32,000 bases of DNA from Demequinaceae bacterium (GCA_965250005.1 OZ252279.1:480001-512000); one strand, 5' to 3'; positions 9,997-20,324 are shown, counted from the first letter of the stretch. Translations and numbers: made by a program. Notes: a model not told the origin generated them from the sequence alone.

Positions 9997-11190
9997 ATGA
10001 CAACCATCAAGAAGGCAGCACCCAAGGCTCCGCAAGGTCTCGGGCAGAAGTTCAAGGCGTTCGCCGGCACGGGGGCCGCAACCATTTCCGCGCTTGTCGC
10101 TGGAGCTATAGTCATCGGAATCGGCGCGGGTTTCGCGATTTCGGACGCGAACGCGGGTGGCGAGACGCAGATCAATGCTGGCGTCGCGCCGGTCGAAGAA
10201 GCTCACGAGCACAGCGACGACACCAACCTCCACGACGACGACGATTCAGAGGTTTTGGGCGTCGCCGACGTCGACCTCGACCACGCGGTCACGGTGTGGG
10301 ACGACGCCATGGCAACGGCGCTGCTCGCATACGCGGACAGCAATGACAACGTCGAATACACCATCACGGCCGACACGATCCTGATCGAAGGCAACGGCAT
10401 CCCTGATCACGAGACAGGGGCATTCCCAAACTCGGGTAACCCCAACAGCATCTCGGCTCAGGACGTCAGCTTTGAGATCACGCGCACACCGACATACGTC
10501 GGAACGCCAACCGACACCAAGATCTTTGGCGTCAGCGTTGGCGGCGTGGTATTCGACCCCGGAACGGCCGAGCGCGACGCCACGACCGGCTGGAGCATCG
10601 AAGCATTCAACACCTCGGGGATCTTCCCCGCGGGCGTTGACTTCAACAATGCTCACGTCCAGCCCGACGGCACGTACCACTATCACGGCATTCCCGAGGG
10701 GCTGTCTGAAGGCGACGAAGCGACTCACTCAAACATCGTTGGGTTCGCGGCAGATGGCTTCCCGATCTACTCGCTCTACGGATACGAGAACGCCGAGGAC
10801 GCGTCATCCGACGTTGTCGCTCTCGAGTCAAGTTGGCAACTGAAGGAAGGCACTCGCGCCGCGGGCGAGCCGTCCGGCACCTACAACGGTGACTACACGG
10901 ACGACTACGAGTTTGTCGCTGGGTCGGGTGACCTCGACCAGTGCAACGGTCTGTTCACCGTCACGCCGGACTTCCCTGAGGGTACGTACTCGTACTTCGT
11001 CACCGAGGAGTTCCCCTACGTTGCTCGCTGCGTGATGGGCGACGTATCCACCTCCAATCTGGGCAGTACCGCGGGCGGTGGCCCGGCAGGAGGGCCGCCT
11101 CAGAATGGCCAAGAGCCGCCCTCCGGCGGACCTGACGGCAACCGCCCGCCGCCTCCCGGCGGTCTGGCTGGCCCCCCGCAGGGCGCGTAA
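9997..11190 (+). CDS. membrane-anchored/secreted YHYH-domain protein with Pro/Gly-rich C-terminus
   Basis: N-terminal TM segment (ISALVAGAIVIGIGAGFAI), YHYHGIPEG and GYPEN-like segments; ATG at 9997. Confidence 0.85.
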   Translation: MTTIKKAAPKAPQGLGQKFKAFAGTGAATISALVAGAIVIGIGAGFAISDANAGGETQINAGVAPVEEAHEHSDDTNLHDDDDSEVLGVADVDLDHAVTVWDDAMATALLAYADSNDNVEYTITADTILIEGNGIPDHETGAFPNSGNPNSISAQDVSFEITRTPTYVGTPTDTKIFGVSVGGVVFDPGTAERDATTGWSIEAFNTSGIFPAGVDFNNAHVQPDGTYHYHGIPEGLSEGDEATHSNIVGFAADGFPIYSLYGYENAEDASSDVVALESSWQLKEGTRAAGEPSGTYNGDYTDDYEFVAGSGDLDQCNGLFTVTPDFPEGTYSYFVTEEFPYVARCVMGDVSTSNLGSTAGGGPAGGPPQNGQEPPSGGPDGNRPPPPGGLAGPPQGA

Positions 11191-11207
11191 GCGCAAAAAA
11201 CCACCGA

Positions 11208-11246
11208 CCTTGAGCCGGGCCACCCTTCGGGGAGCCCGGCTCAAGG
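11208..11246 (+). terminator. strong hairpin terminator after the YHYH gene
   Basis: 13-bp perfect inverted repeat CCTTGAGCCGGGC ... GCCCGGCTCAAGG separated by 13 nt. Confidence 0.7.
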
Positions 11247-11268
11247 CTGTTGCAGGTAGCGTTGTCCC

Positions 11269-12015
11269 ATGACTCTCGCCCCCCAAGCTGCAATCGTTTC
11301 GGCAGCGATCGTGCTCGCCGGTTGCAGTTCTGCGCCCGAGGTCCACATCGCTGGCGAGGGAATCGACGTTCCCGTCGAGGCCCTCGTCAACCTACTGGGC
11401 GCGGAAGACACGCCCAGTGCCCTGACGGCAGACCCGCTCTGGTTCTATGCACCGATCGGAGAAGAGGCTCCCGAAAACGTCGAATACTTCGCACCGGCGG
11501 CATTCGATCCGAGCCGCTGCGCCGCGGCCGCACTGTTCGTCGAGTTACTCTCGACAGACGACACGGCGGAAGTCACGGACGAGTTCATCATCTACGGCGT
11601 CGAGTACGGAGTCGCACTCGGCTCCGACTGGACTCTGGTGGCCGCAGTATTCGGCCGCAGTTTCCCCACATCCGAGGACGCGGCGCTATTCCTGGCAGCG
11701 GGGGAGCAGTCGATCAAGGCGTGCCAGGGCGGCTACACGTTCACGAGCCCCGACGGCGCGGTATTCACCGTAGGATCGGTCGACACGTCGGCGGAGCTCG
11801 GCGGGTACCCGCCGGAGGTCGCGGTCTTCTATGCCGAGACCACCTTCCCGGACCTCGGATCTGTGACCAAGAGTTCGTTTGTTCAATACGGCAACTCCGT
11901 GTTCACCGTGAGACTCACGGACGACTCGAGCGTCGCTCAGCCGCCCGACCGTGTTCACCAAATCGCCATATCTGTCGCCAACAACCTGGTCGCCCTTGCC
12001 GAGATCCAGCCGTGA
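11269..12015 (+). CDS. putative lipoprotein of unknown function
   Basis: N-terminal signal with lipobox-like VLAGC; 248-aa ORF. Confidence 0.75.
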   Translation: MTLAPQAAIVSAAIVLAGCSSAPEVHIAGEGIDVPVEALVNLLGAEDTPSALTADPLWFYAPIGEEAPENVEYFAPAAFDPSRCAAAALFVELLSTDDTAEVTDEFIIYGVEYGVALGSDWTLVAAVFGRSFPTSEDAALFLAAGEQSIKACQGGYTFTSPDGAVFTVGSVDTSAELGGYPPEVAVFYAETTFPDLGSVTKSSFVQYGNSVFTVRLTDDSSVAQPPDRVHQIAISVANNLVALAEIQP

Positions 12016-12605
12016 CCGCCACTCCGAGCGCGTCGGACCGGGTGTGGACCGTGCCCAACGTGATCTCGATGATGCGCATCCTCCTCATCGGCGTGTTCCT
12101 CTACCTGCTAGTGAACGAGCGCGATGGTTGGGCCATCGCGGCGCTCATGGCCGCGGGCATCAGCGACTTCCTTGACGGCTTCCTCGCCCGGCGATGGAAC
12201 CAAGTGACCGAGTTGGGCCGCATCCTGGACCCTGCCGCGGACCGTCTGCTCACCATCGCTGTGGCCGTGGGCCTGGGGCTCCGCGGCATCGTTCCGTGGG
12301 CGATTATCGGGATCATCCTGCTTCGCGACGTGGTCGTTGGCATCGTCCTTTTGTGGGGCAAGTCCCGCGGCGACCCCACGCCTCAGGTTACGTTCGCTGG
12401 CAAGGCCGCGACGTTCGGGTTGTACGTTTTCTTACCCCTGGCCTACCTCGGATTTGAGCGGTGGGAGCTCCTATGGGAACTGTCAATTGTGGGCATTGTT
12501 GTTTCTGCAGGCACCTACTGGGCCGCCGGAATCGGGTACATGCGAGAAGTCAGACAGGGCGCTCGAGGCGCAGTCGGTAGCGAGAGCGACGCGGCTGGCG
12601 CCTAG
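12012..12605 (+). CDS. CDP-alcohol phosphatidyltransferase family protein
   Basis: SDFLDGFLARRWNQVTELGRILDPAADR matches the CDP-alcohol phosphotransferase motif; GTGA overlap with the upstream stop. Confidence 0.9.
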   Translation: MTATPSASDRVWTVPNVISMMRILLIGVFLYLLVNERDGWAIAALMAAGISDFLDGFLARRWNQVTELGRILDPAADRLLTIAVAVGLGLRGIVPWAIIGIILLRDVVVGIVLLWGKSRGDPTPQVTFAGKAATFGLYVFLPLAYLGFERWELLWELSIVGIVVSAGTYWAAGIGYMREVRQGARGAVGSESDAAGA

Positions 12606-12663
12606 CACGCTGACGGCTTTTGCGCCGTAAGATGGGGGTATTCGAAGATTGGAGGGGAGCGGC

Positions 12664-13083
12664 ATGGAACACGACGAGAGCCCGGTGGAACAGACGCTGT
12701 CGATTGACTCGGCCACGCCCGTGGATGACCTGGCGCCGCACCACCTAAGCGCACAGGATCAGGCCGCGGTGGACGCGCTTCCGGACCGCTCCGCACTCCT
12801 CATCGTCCACCACGGACCCAATGCGGGCGCGCGGTTTTTGCTCGACGTGGACGTCACCACAGCCGGTCGAAACGTCGACGGCGACATCTTCCTTGACGAC
12901 GTCACGGTTTCACGCGAGCACGTCCGGTTTGAGCGGGACGGCGAGGACTTCTACGTCCGCGACGCTGGCTCTCTTAACGGAACGTACGTGAACCGCGAGC
13001 GCGCGATTTCGCAGAAGCTCGCGGCCGGCGACGAGGTACAGATCGGCAAATACAGGCTCACCTTCTACCCCGGGCTTCACTAA
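12664..13083 (+). CDS. FHA-domain protein (GarA-like)
   Basis: FLLDVDVTTAGRNVDGDIFLDDVTVSREHVRFERDGEDFYVRDAGSLNGTYVNRE FHA core. Confidence 0.92.
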   Translation: MEHDESPVEQTLSIDSATPVDDLAPHHLSAQDQAAVDALPDRSALLIVHHGPNAGARFLLDVDVTTAGRNVDGDIFLDDVTVSREHVRFERDGEDFYVRDAGSLNGTYVNRERAISQKLAAGDEVQIGKYRLTFYPGLH

Positions 13084-13085
13084 CA

Positions 13086-13841
13086 ATGGCGCCCGCTCAG
13101 GGTGCCGCAAAGCAGGCGCCCCCAGGCGAGCCGGAGCCGCCGCGCGAAATCGCGCCGTCGCGGACCGAATCCGGGCGTTGGCCACATCAGCTTTCCCGCC
13201 AGCCGCTCATGCGTGTGTCGGATGTGCTGTCACTGGTTCAAAAAGAATTCCCCGCGCTTTCCCCCTCCAAACTGCGCTTCCTCGACACCCAAGGCCTCGT
13301 GACGCCGGTGCGCACGAGTGGCGGCTACAGGCAATACTCGCCCGCCGACGTTGAGCGGTTGAGATATGTCTTGCGTGAGCAACGGGATCACTATCGGCCG
13401 CTCACTGTCATTTTGGACAGGCTCGTAGCCCTCGACGCCGGGATCGAACGCGAAGCCGTTGCTCTGCACTCCGTCGAGGATGCCAAGTCTCAGTGGGTTT
13501 CTGCGGGGCAGCTCGCGGCCGCCGCCGGAGTAGAGCCAGATCTTGTCGCGTCGTTTGCATCAGCGGGAATCATCTTTGAAGGCATGCCCGGAAAGTTTTC
13601 GCGGTCCGACGTTTCCATTGTTCACGGCGCCTCCGTATACCTGGAGGCGGGGGGCGACCTGCGCGCACTCAAGGTGCTGCGCAATGCTGCGGTGCGCGAG
13701 GCCGACTTAGCCCGGGCTATTGCCGCCCCAATCCGCAGCAAAGGAGACGCTGGCGCAGCCCAGAACCAAGCCTCCGAGTTAGCTGAGGCGGCCGCCGCAG
13801 TGTTTGGGCAGATCGTCCGTGCCGAGGTCGCCCGTGGCTAA
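13086..13841 (+). CDS. MerR-family regulator (FtsR-like)
   Basis: LSPSKLRFLDTQGLVTPVRTSGGYRQYSPADVERLRYVLREQRD HTH; located between FHA and a second MerR gene, typical actinobacterial synteny. Confidence 0.88.
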   Translation: MAPAQGAAKQAPPGEPEPPREIAPSRTESGRWPHQLSRQPLMRVSDVLSLVQKEFPALSPSKLRFLDTQGLVTPVRTSGGYRQYSPADVERLRYVLREQRDHYRPLTVILDRLVALDAGIEREAVALHSVEDAKSQWVSAGQLAAAAGVEPDLVASFASAGIIFEGMPGKFSRSDVSIVHGASVYLEAGGDLRALKVLRNAAVREADLARAIAAPIRSKGDAGAAQNQASELAEAAAAVFGQIVRAEVARG

Positions 13842-13987
13842 TGTGACAGGTGCGACACGCCGACGAACGGGAACATTGCGATGTCCACGGAGCATCACGC
13901 CGGGCGCGCTACCCTGGTCACAAGCACCGCTCCCAGGTGCACCGAACCGCCCCTAGAGATATCCGCACAACAGTCGAAGGAGGAGCG

Positions 13988-14566
13988 ATGGCAGACGACA
14001 CCGGCACGAACCCCAACGCTCCGCACGACCAGGGACTTCTTTTCAACGACGGGCTACCCCAACTTGACGACCAAGCCGGCTACCGCGGCCCCACCGCGTG
14101 CAAAGCCGCGGGAATCACGTACAGGCAGCTCGACTACTGGGCTCGCACAGGATTGGTGGAGCCCACGGTGCGGTCCGCCACCGGCTCGGGGACGCAGCGA
14201 CTGTACGGCTTCCGCGACATTCTTGTTCTTCGCGTGGTCAAGCGCCTCCTGGACTCCGGCGTCTCACTTCAGCAAATCCGTAGCGCAGTGGAGCATTTGC
14301 GCGAGCGCGGCGTTGAAGACCTGAGCCGCATCACGCTGATGTCGGACGGCGCCTCGGTCTACGAGTGCACCACGGATGACGAGGTTATCGACCTGGTACA
14401 AGGTGGCCAGGGCGTATTCGGAATCGCGCTCGGCAAAGTATGGCGCGAACTCGAAGGTTCGCTCGCGTCGTTCCCTGTTGACAGGGCCGATGCCGCGCCC
14501 GTCGCTCAGCCGGGAATGATTGACGAGTTAGCCGAGCGCCGCCAGACCCGCTCGAACGCCAGCTAG
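13988..14566 (+). CDS. MerR-family transcriptional regulator
   Basis: CKAAGITYRQLDYWARTGLVEPTVRSATGSGTQRLYGFRDILVLRVVKRLLD HTH; ATG at 13988 after AGGAG. Confidence 0.9.
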   Translation: MADDTGTNPNAPHDQGLLFNDGLPQLDDQAGYRGPTACKAAGITYRQLDYWARTGLVEPTVRSATGSGTQRLYGFRDILVLRVVKRLLDSGVSLQQIRSAVEHLRERGVEDLSRITLMSDGASVYECTTDDEVIDLVQGGQGVFGIALGKVWRELEGSLASFPVDRADAAPVAQPGMIDELAERRQTRSNAS

Positions 14567-14663
14567 CCACCCCCACGACCCGTTTCACTTCAGTGTGCGC
14601 GCACTAGCGCGCCAGTTGGACCGCGAGTTATCATCTGACCAGCGGTCAATTAGGAGCTGAGTC

Positions 14664-15359
14664 ATGGCGTCGGCTAGCGGTCCCTCCCTCGATCCCGAGT
14701 ATCGCCGCGCGCGCAACGATGACCAAAGGGTCGAACGCAGGGCGGCAATCCTCCTGGCTGCGCGGCTCGAATTCGAGGATCACGGACTCTACGGCTTCCG
14801 CATGAACGCCGTGGCACGCCGGGTCCACCTGAGCAAGGCTGCGCTCTACGGCTACTTTGACGGCAAGCATCTCCTGTTGGCGACGCTCACTGCTGGCATG
14901 CTGCGATCCTGGCTCCAGAGTGTGACGGCGGCCGTACGGACCCGAGACAATTGGAACGCGCACAGCTTGGCCGATGAAGTCTCGGCCTCCCTGCACGGAC
15001 GCGACACGCTCCTCAGGCTGCTGGCAAGCCTTGAGACCATGCTTGAGCCCGGCTTGACCGACGCCGATGCAGCCGCACTTCGAGCAGCCGTCGCGGGCGA
15101 ACTGGACGAACTGGCGGCGGAGCTCGAACGGCGCTGGCCGGAACTAGCGTCCGGACAGGGCGTCTCGCTGGTGGCCGAGGCTCGCGCGATCATTGTCGGA
15201 CTGCGTCAGGCAGCCGACGCGCCGGTGGTTTCGGGCAACCTTGACGCCGTGCCCAGCGCGGCTCCGGCCGACGCTGGATTCGACGCCGTCGTGAAGTTGG
15301 GGCTCGCTCGCTTGTTCGCAGGCGTCGAATCTCTGGGGATCCGCACGAGCGCAGTTTGA
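14664..15359 (+). CDS. TetR-family transcriptional regulator
   Basis: RRAAILLAARLEFEDHGLYGFRMNAVARRVHLSKAALYGYFDGKHLLL TetR N-terminal HTH. Confidence 0.92.
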   Translation: MASASGPSLDPEYRRARNDDQRVERRAAILLAARLEFEDHGLYGFRMNAVARRVHLSKAALYGYFDGKHLLLATLTAGMLRSWLQSVTAAVRTRDNWNAHSLADEVSASLHGRDTLLRLLASLETMLEPGLTDADAAALRAAVAGELDELAAELERRWPELASGQGVSLVAEARAIIVGLRQAADAPVVSGNLDAVPSAAPADAGFDAVVKLGLARLFAGVESLGIRTSAV

Positions 15360-15469
15360 TGCGCGGGCCGTCAGCCGCTGCGGGTCCCGGATCGCCGTGA
15401 CCGCACCGTCGCGTGCTGTCAGTGCCACCCGAAACCTGGCAAGATGAACCCATCGTCAAAGGGGAGTAG

Positions 15470-18400
15470 ATGTTCTCGAAGGTGCTCGTTGCCAACCGCG
15501 CGGAGATCGCCGTACGGGCGTTCCGTGCCGCGTACGAACTGGGCGCGCGGACCGTCGCGGTGTTTCCCCACGAAGACCGCATGTCCGAGCACCGGCTCAA
15601 GGCTGACGAAGCCTACGAGATCGGGGAGGAGGGCCATCCGGTCCGGGCGTACCTCGACCCCGCCGAGATCGTGCGCGTCGCCAAACTGTCCGGCGCAGAC
15701 GCCGTCTACCCCGGCTACGGGTTCCTCTCCGAGAACGTCGAATTTGCGCAGGCATGCAAGGACGCCGACCTAACTTTCGTCGGCCCCCCACCTGAGGTCC
15801 TTCAGAAGGCCGGCGATAAGGTCGCCGCACTGAAGGCGGCGCGCGACGCAGGAATTCCTGTGCTCGCCTCGTCCGAACCGTCGAAGAACCCGGAAGATCT
15901 GATCAGCAAGGCCGCGGAGATCGGATTCCCGATCTTTGTCAAGGCCGTCGCCGGCGGCGGCGGTCGCGGCATGCGGCGTGTCGAAACGCCTGGCGAGCTC
16001 CCCGAGCTCCTGGACGCAGCCATGCGCGAGGCGGACGCAGCGTTCGGCGACCCCACGGTTTTCCTGGAGCGGGCGGTGCTCGCCCCGCGTCACATTGAAG
16101 TGCAGATTCTCGCCGACGCCGAAGGCAACGTGGTGCACCTGTTCGAGCGTGACTGCTCGGTCCAGCGCCGGCACCAGAAGGTAATCGAGATCGCCCCGGC
16201 ACCCAACCTCGATCCCGAGATCCGTGACGCGCTCTGCCGTGACGCCGTCGCGTTCGCCAAGGGCCTCGGCTATATCAATGCTGGCACTGTCGAGTTCCTT
16301 GTGGACACGGTGGGGGAGCGCAAGGGCAAGCACGTCTTTATCGAGATGAACCCACGCATCCAGGTGGAGCATACGGTGACCGAAGAAGTCACCGATATTG
16401 ACATTGTTCGCGCTCAACTGCGCATCGCCTCGGGCGAGACGCTTGAGGACATCGGCATCCGCCAGAAGGACGTGCGCGTCAACGGCTTTGCGCTTCAAAC
16501 ACGAATCACCACGGAAGACCCGTCAAACGGCTTCGTTCCGGACACCGGCCGAATCACCGCATACCGCTCGCCAGGCGGCGCGGGCGTTCGCCTTGATGGC
16601 GCATCCGGCATGGCCGGCAACCGCATCTCGGGCCACTTCGACTCGATGCTCGTCAAGTTGACGTGCCGCGGGCGCACGTTCGACATCGCGGCCGCCCGTG
16701 CCCAGCGCGCGCTTGCAGAGTTCCGCATCCGCGGGGTTACCACCAACATCCCGTTCCTCAAGGCCGTCCTCTCGGACGAGGATTTCCAGACCGGGGGAGT
16801 GTCCACCGCCTTCATCGATGAGCGCCCGCACCTGCTCGAAGCCGTCAGCCACCAGGACCGATCGACCAAGCTGCTCGCCTTCATTGGGCATCAGACTGTC
16901 AATCGGCCCAACGGCGAGCCCACCACCGGGGTTCTCACGCCGTCGGATCGGCTCCCGCAAATCGATATGGTCGCCAGCCCGCCGGACGGCTCGCGACAGC
17001 GGATTCTCGAGTTGGGCCCTGAGGGCTTTGCCGCAGATCTTCGTGCACAGGTGGCGCTGGCCGTCACCGAGACGACGTTCAGGGACGCCCACCAGAGCCT
17101 GTTAGCCACACGCGTGCGGACCATCGATCTGTTAGCCGCTTCCGGGCACGTCGCCCGCACGACCCCCGAGTTGCTCTCTATGGAGGCATGGGGCGGCGCA
17201 ACATTTGATGTGGCGCTGCGCTTCCTCACGGAAGACCCGTGGGTGCGGCTCGAACGCCTCCGTGAGGAGTTGCCCAATGTCGCGCTCCAGATGCTCATGC
17301 GCGGGCGCAACACCGTGGGTTACACGCCGTACCCCGACGCCGTCGCGCACGCCTTCGTGCAGGAGGCGACGCAGACCGGTATCGACATCTTCCGCATCTT
17401 CGACGCCCTCAACGACGTAGACCAGATGCGCCCGGCTATTGACGCCGTCCGCGAGACGGGCACCGCCATTGCCGAGGCGTGCCTCTGCTACACGGGCAAC
17501 CTCACGGATCCCGACGAGAAACTCTACACGCTCGACTACTACCTGAAGTTAGCCGAGCAGCTCGTGGGCGCTGGCGCGCACATCTTGGCCATCAAGGACA
17601 TGGCTGGCCTGCTGCGTCCTCCCGCAGCACACACGCTGGTCACCGCACTCCGCGAGCGCTTCGACTTGCCCGTGCACCTGCACACGCACGACACGGCCGG
17701 TGGCCAACTCGCAACCCTGCTCGCCGCCTCGGAAGCGGGAGTGGACGCCGTGGACGTCGCAAACGCCGCCATGGCCGGGACAACCTCGCAGCCGCCGCTG
17801 AGCGCGCTCGTCGCTGCGCTAGAGCACACCGAGCGCGACACGGGGTTATCGCTGCGTGCGGCACAGAACCTTGAGCCGTATTGGGAGGGTGTGCGCAAGC
17901 TCTACGCGCCCTTCGAGAGCGGACTGCCAGGCCCGACCGGCCGCGTGTACATGCACGAGATCCCCGGTGGACAGCTGTCCAACCTTCGGCAACAAGCAAT
18001 ATCGCTTGGATTGGGAGACCGGTTCGAGGCGATCGAAGACATGTACGCGGCCGCGGACCGCATCTTGGGGCGGCTCGTCAAGGTCACGCCGTCGTCCAAG
18101 GTCGTTGGAGACCTCGCGCTTCAATTGGTAAGCGCGGGCGCCGATCCCGCGGACTTCGAAGAGAACCCTGGTTCGTACGACCTGCCGGACAGTGTCATCG
18201 GATTCCTTGCGGGAGAGCTTGGGGACCCGCCCGGGGGCTGGCCCGAGCCGTTCCGCACCAAGGCCCTCGATGGCCGCGATTCCGAGCGCAGCATCCCCGA
18301 ACTCACGCCAGAAGATGAGGCCGCGCTAGCGGAACCGGGGCAGACCCGCCGCACGCGCCTCAATCACCTGTTGTTCGACGGCCCTGCAACTGAATACGAG

Positions 18401-18877
18401 AAGACTGTCGAGGAGTATGGCGACATCTCCGTGATCGACACGTTCCGCTATCTGTACGGAATCTCCGTAGGTAGTGGGGAAGAGGTCTCCATATACGTCA
18501 AGAAGGGCGTGCGGCTGATTGTCACGCTCGAGGCGATGGGCGAACCGGACGATCACGGCAATCGCACGGCCATCTTCAACTACAACGGCCAAATCCGTCC
18601 GGTGAAGGTCCGCGACGAGACTGCATCCGTTCACGTGGTCGCGAGAGAGAGGGCGGATACCGACGTCGAGGGCCACATTCCCGCGCCATTCTCGGGCGCC
18701 GTGACGGTCGCCGTCCCCGTCGGGGCCGATGTCGAGACTGGCGAAACAGTCGCCACAATCGAGGCGATGAAGATGGAAGCTGCTATTACGACTCCCGTGG
18801 GCGGCAAGGTCGCTCGCATTTTGGTGAAAGATACGGAGACGCTCGCTGGCGGCGATTTGGTGCTCGTGATCGAGTAG
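15470..18877 (+). CDS. pyc: pyruvate carboxylase
   Basis: 1135 aa: biotin carboxylase domain (FSKVLVANRAEIAVRAFRAAYELG), carboxyltransferase domain (TFRDAHQSLLATRVRT), biotinyl EAMKME. Confidence 0.98.
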   Translation: MFSKVLVANRAEIAVRAFRAAYELGARTVAVFPHEDRMSEHRLKADEAYEIGEEGHPVRAYLDPAEIVRVAKLSGADAVYPGYGFLSENVEFAQACKDADLTFVGPPPEVLQKAGDKVAALKAARDAGIPVLASSEPSKNPEDLISKAAEIGFPIFVKAVAGGGGRGMRRVETPGELPELLDAAMREADAAFGDPTVFLERAVLAPRHIEVQILADAEGNVVHLFERDCSVQRRHQKVIEIAPAPNLDPEIRDALCRDAVAFAKGLGYINAGTVEFLVDTVGERKGKHVFIEMNPRIQVEHTVTEEVTDIDIVRAQLRIASGETLEDIGIRQKDVRVNGFALQTRITTEDPSNGFVPDTGRITAYRSPGGAGVRLDGASGMAGNRISGHFDSMLVKLTCRGRTFDIAAARAQRALAEFRIRGVTTNIPFLKAVLSDEDFQTGGVSTAFIDERPHLLEAVSHQDRSTKLLAFIGHQTVNRPNGEPTTGVLTPSDRLPQIDMVASPPDGSRQRILELGPEGFAADLRAQVALAVTETTFRDAHQSLLATRVRTIDLLAASGHVARTTPELLSMEAWGGATFDVALRFLTEDPWVRLERLREELPNVALQMLMRGRNTVGYTPYPDAVAHAFVQEATQTGIDIFRIFDALNDVDQMRPAIDAVRETGTAIAEACLCYTGNLTDPDEKLYTLDYYLKLAEQLVGAGAHILAIKDMAGLLRPPAAHTLVTALRERFDLPVHLHTHDTAGGQLATLLAASEAGVDAVDVANAAMAGTTSQPPLSALVAALEHTERDTGLSLRAAQNLEPYWEGVRKLYAPFESGLPGPTGRVYMHEIPGGQLSNLRQQAISLGLGDRFEAIEDMYAAADRILGRLVKVTPSSKVVGDLALQLVSAGADPADFEENPGSYDLPDSVIGFLAGELGDPPGGWPEPFRTKALDGRDSERSIPELTPEDEAALAEPGQTRRTRLNHLLFDGPATEYEKTVEEYGDISVIDTFRYLYGISVGSGEEVSIYVKKGVRLIVTLEAMGEPDDHGNRTAIFNYNGQIRPVKVRDETASVHVVARERADTDVEGHIPAPFSGAVTVAVPVGADVETGETVATIEAMKMEAAITTPVGGKVARILVKDTETLAGGDLVLVIE

Positions 18878-18922
18878 TTTCTGCCCGCAGCCAGTCGCGA
18901 GCAAAGCGACGCGCGGCTTGAC

Positions 18923-18936
18923 GGGACTTTCGTCCC
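18923..18936. promoter_or_regulatory. palindrome upstream of the flavodoxin gene, resembling a DosR/DevR-type box
   Basis: GGGACTTTCGTCCC, 52 bp upstream of the ATG at 18989. Confidence 0.35.
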
Positions 18937-18988
18937 CGCATAGCAGGGGAGTCGTGAAGGACGATTGGGGTGTCCCAAGGAGGCATCC

Positions 18989-19495
18989 ATGACCGTCCTG
19001 GTTGCAGTCGGCTCCAAGTACGGGGCCACACGCGAGATCGCACAAACCATCGCCGACGTACTTACAGATAGCGGCGTCGAGGCGCGCTGCCACGAAGCAA
19101 AAGACGTCGTTTCCATCGACGGCTACAGCGCGATTGTCCTCGGCAGCGCCGTCTACGGTGGTTTCTGGCGACGCGACGCCAGCGAGTTTGCCAGGCTCAA
19201 TGGCCCGCGACTCATGGAGCTTCCCACGTGGTTGTTTTCGTCAGGTCCCGTGGGATTGCCCCCGCGTCCCAGCGAGGCAGCCGGAGAGGGCGACGCGCTT
19301 GCATCCAAGTTGGGAGCTCGAGAGCACCGGGTGTTCAGCGGCTTCCTCAATCCCGACAAGCTCAACATGGGCGAACGGGCGCTAATCAAAGGGCTGCGTG
19401 CCAGCGTCGGAGACTACCGAGAATGGGGCCAAGTGAAGTCCTGGGCGCGTGAGATCGCCAACCAGATCGCCGTAGTCGTAGGGGACAAGGACTGA
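18989..19495 (+). CDS. flavodoxin-domain protein
   Basis: VAVGSKYGATREIAQTIADVL FMN-binding loop; AIVLGSAVYGGFW. Confidence 0.87.
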   Translation: MTVLVAVGSKYGATREIAQTIADVLTDSGVEARCHEAKDVVSIDGYSAIVLGSAVYGGFWRRDASEFARLNGPRLMELPTWLFSSGPVGLPPRPSEAAGEGDALASKLGAREHRVFSGFLNPDKLNMGERALIKGLRASVGDYREWGQVKSWAREIANQIAVVVGDKD

Positions 19496-19577
19496 CGCAG
19501 CGGCGCAGTACCTTTCCGCTGCGCGATGCCCAACCTTGAACTCGGTCGCACGCCCTGCCGGACGTAAGATTGCGACC

Positions 19578-20201
19578 ATGAAGCTGCGCATAGGGATGGG
19601 CCGTCCGATCAGGATCGGCTACATCGCCGCCGTTCTTGTAGTCGCGATCCTGATGACGCCGTGGCTCGTGATACGCGCGTCGTCATCCGGAGACGTGTCG
19701 CCGCTTGCCGACGGCTCCGCCACAGGAGAGGCGGCTATCGTGCTCGGCACGCTGGTCAACGAGGACGGTTCGCTCTCGCCTCGCTTGGCGGAGCGCGTAG
19801 AAACCGCGGTCGAACTGCACCGCACCGGCGCCGTGCCGGTGCTTGTGATGTCCGGCACTGGCCTAAGCGACACTGGGCAAGACGAACCCGCGCGCATGCG
19901 CGACTACGCGATCGAGTTGGGCGTCCCGGCCGCGGATATTCTGCTAGACGGTGGGGGATTCGACACCCTCGCCTCGTGCCGCAACGCGGCGCACACGTTC
20001 GGATTCGACACGGTCGTACTCGTCACCAGCGAGTTCCACACCTACCGCGCCGTTTGGTTGTGCGAGCACGTAGGCCTTCAGGCGCAAGCGGTGCACGCGC
20101 CAATCCAGTTGGGATGGACGGTGATGCGAAAGAACGCCCGAGAGTTCGCCGCCGCATGGAAGGCTGTGCTCGAGGTCGCAGCGGGGCACGCAGAAGGCTA
20201 G
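19578..20201 (+). CDS. DUF218/YdcF (SanA-like) membrane protein
   Basis: N-terminal TM followed by AAIVLGTLVNEDGSLSPRLAERVETAVELHRTG...VLVMSGTG...LVTSEFHTYRAVWLCEHVGL. Confidence 0.88.
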   Translation: MKLRIGMGRPIRIGYIAAVLVVAILMTPWLVIRASSSGDVSPLADGSATGEAAIVLGTLVNEDGSLSPRLAERVETAVELHRTGAVPVLVMSGTGLSDTGQDEPARMRDYAIELGVPAADILLDGGGFDTLASCRNAAHTFGFDTVVLVTSEFHTYRAVWLCEHVGLQAQAVHAPIQLGWTVMRKNAREFAAAWKAVLEVAAGHAEG

Positions 20202-20296
20202 CTCGGGCACGCAAAAATATCGCACGCGCGAACTGAACGCGCGAGCGTAGCCCGGGGGACCGAGGATCCTGCACTCTATGCATCAGTCGGACTTCG

Positions 20297-20324
20297 AATT
20301 GACATAATGTGCATTATCGGCGTA
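20297..20324. other. dif: chromosomal dif site / attL of the prophage
   Basis: AATTGACATAA-TGTGCA-TTATCGGCGTA. The reverse complement TACGCCGATAATGCACATTATGTCAATT has dif organisation (11-bp XerC arm, 6-bp centre, 11-bp XerD arm). Confidence 0.85.

Noticed and set aside
15770-17313. Long minus-strand ORFs (242, 189, 140 aa) inside pyruvate carboxylase
   Set aside because: Fully overlap a well-supported pyc reading frame; shadow ORFs.
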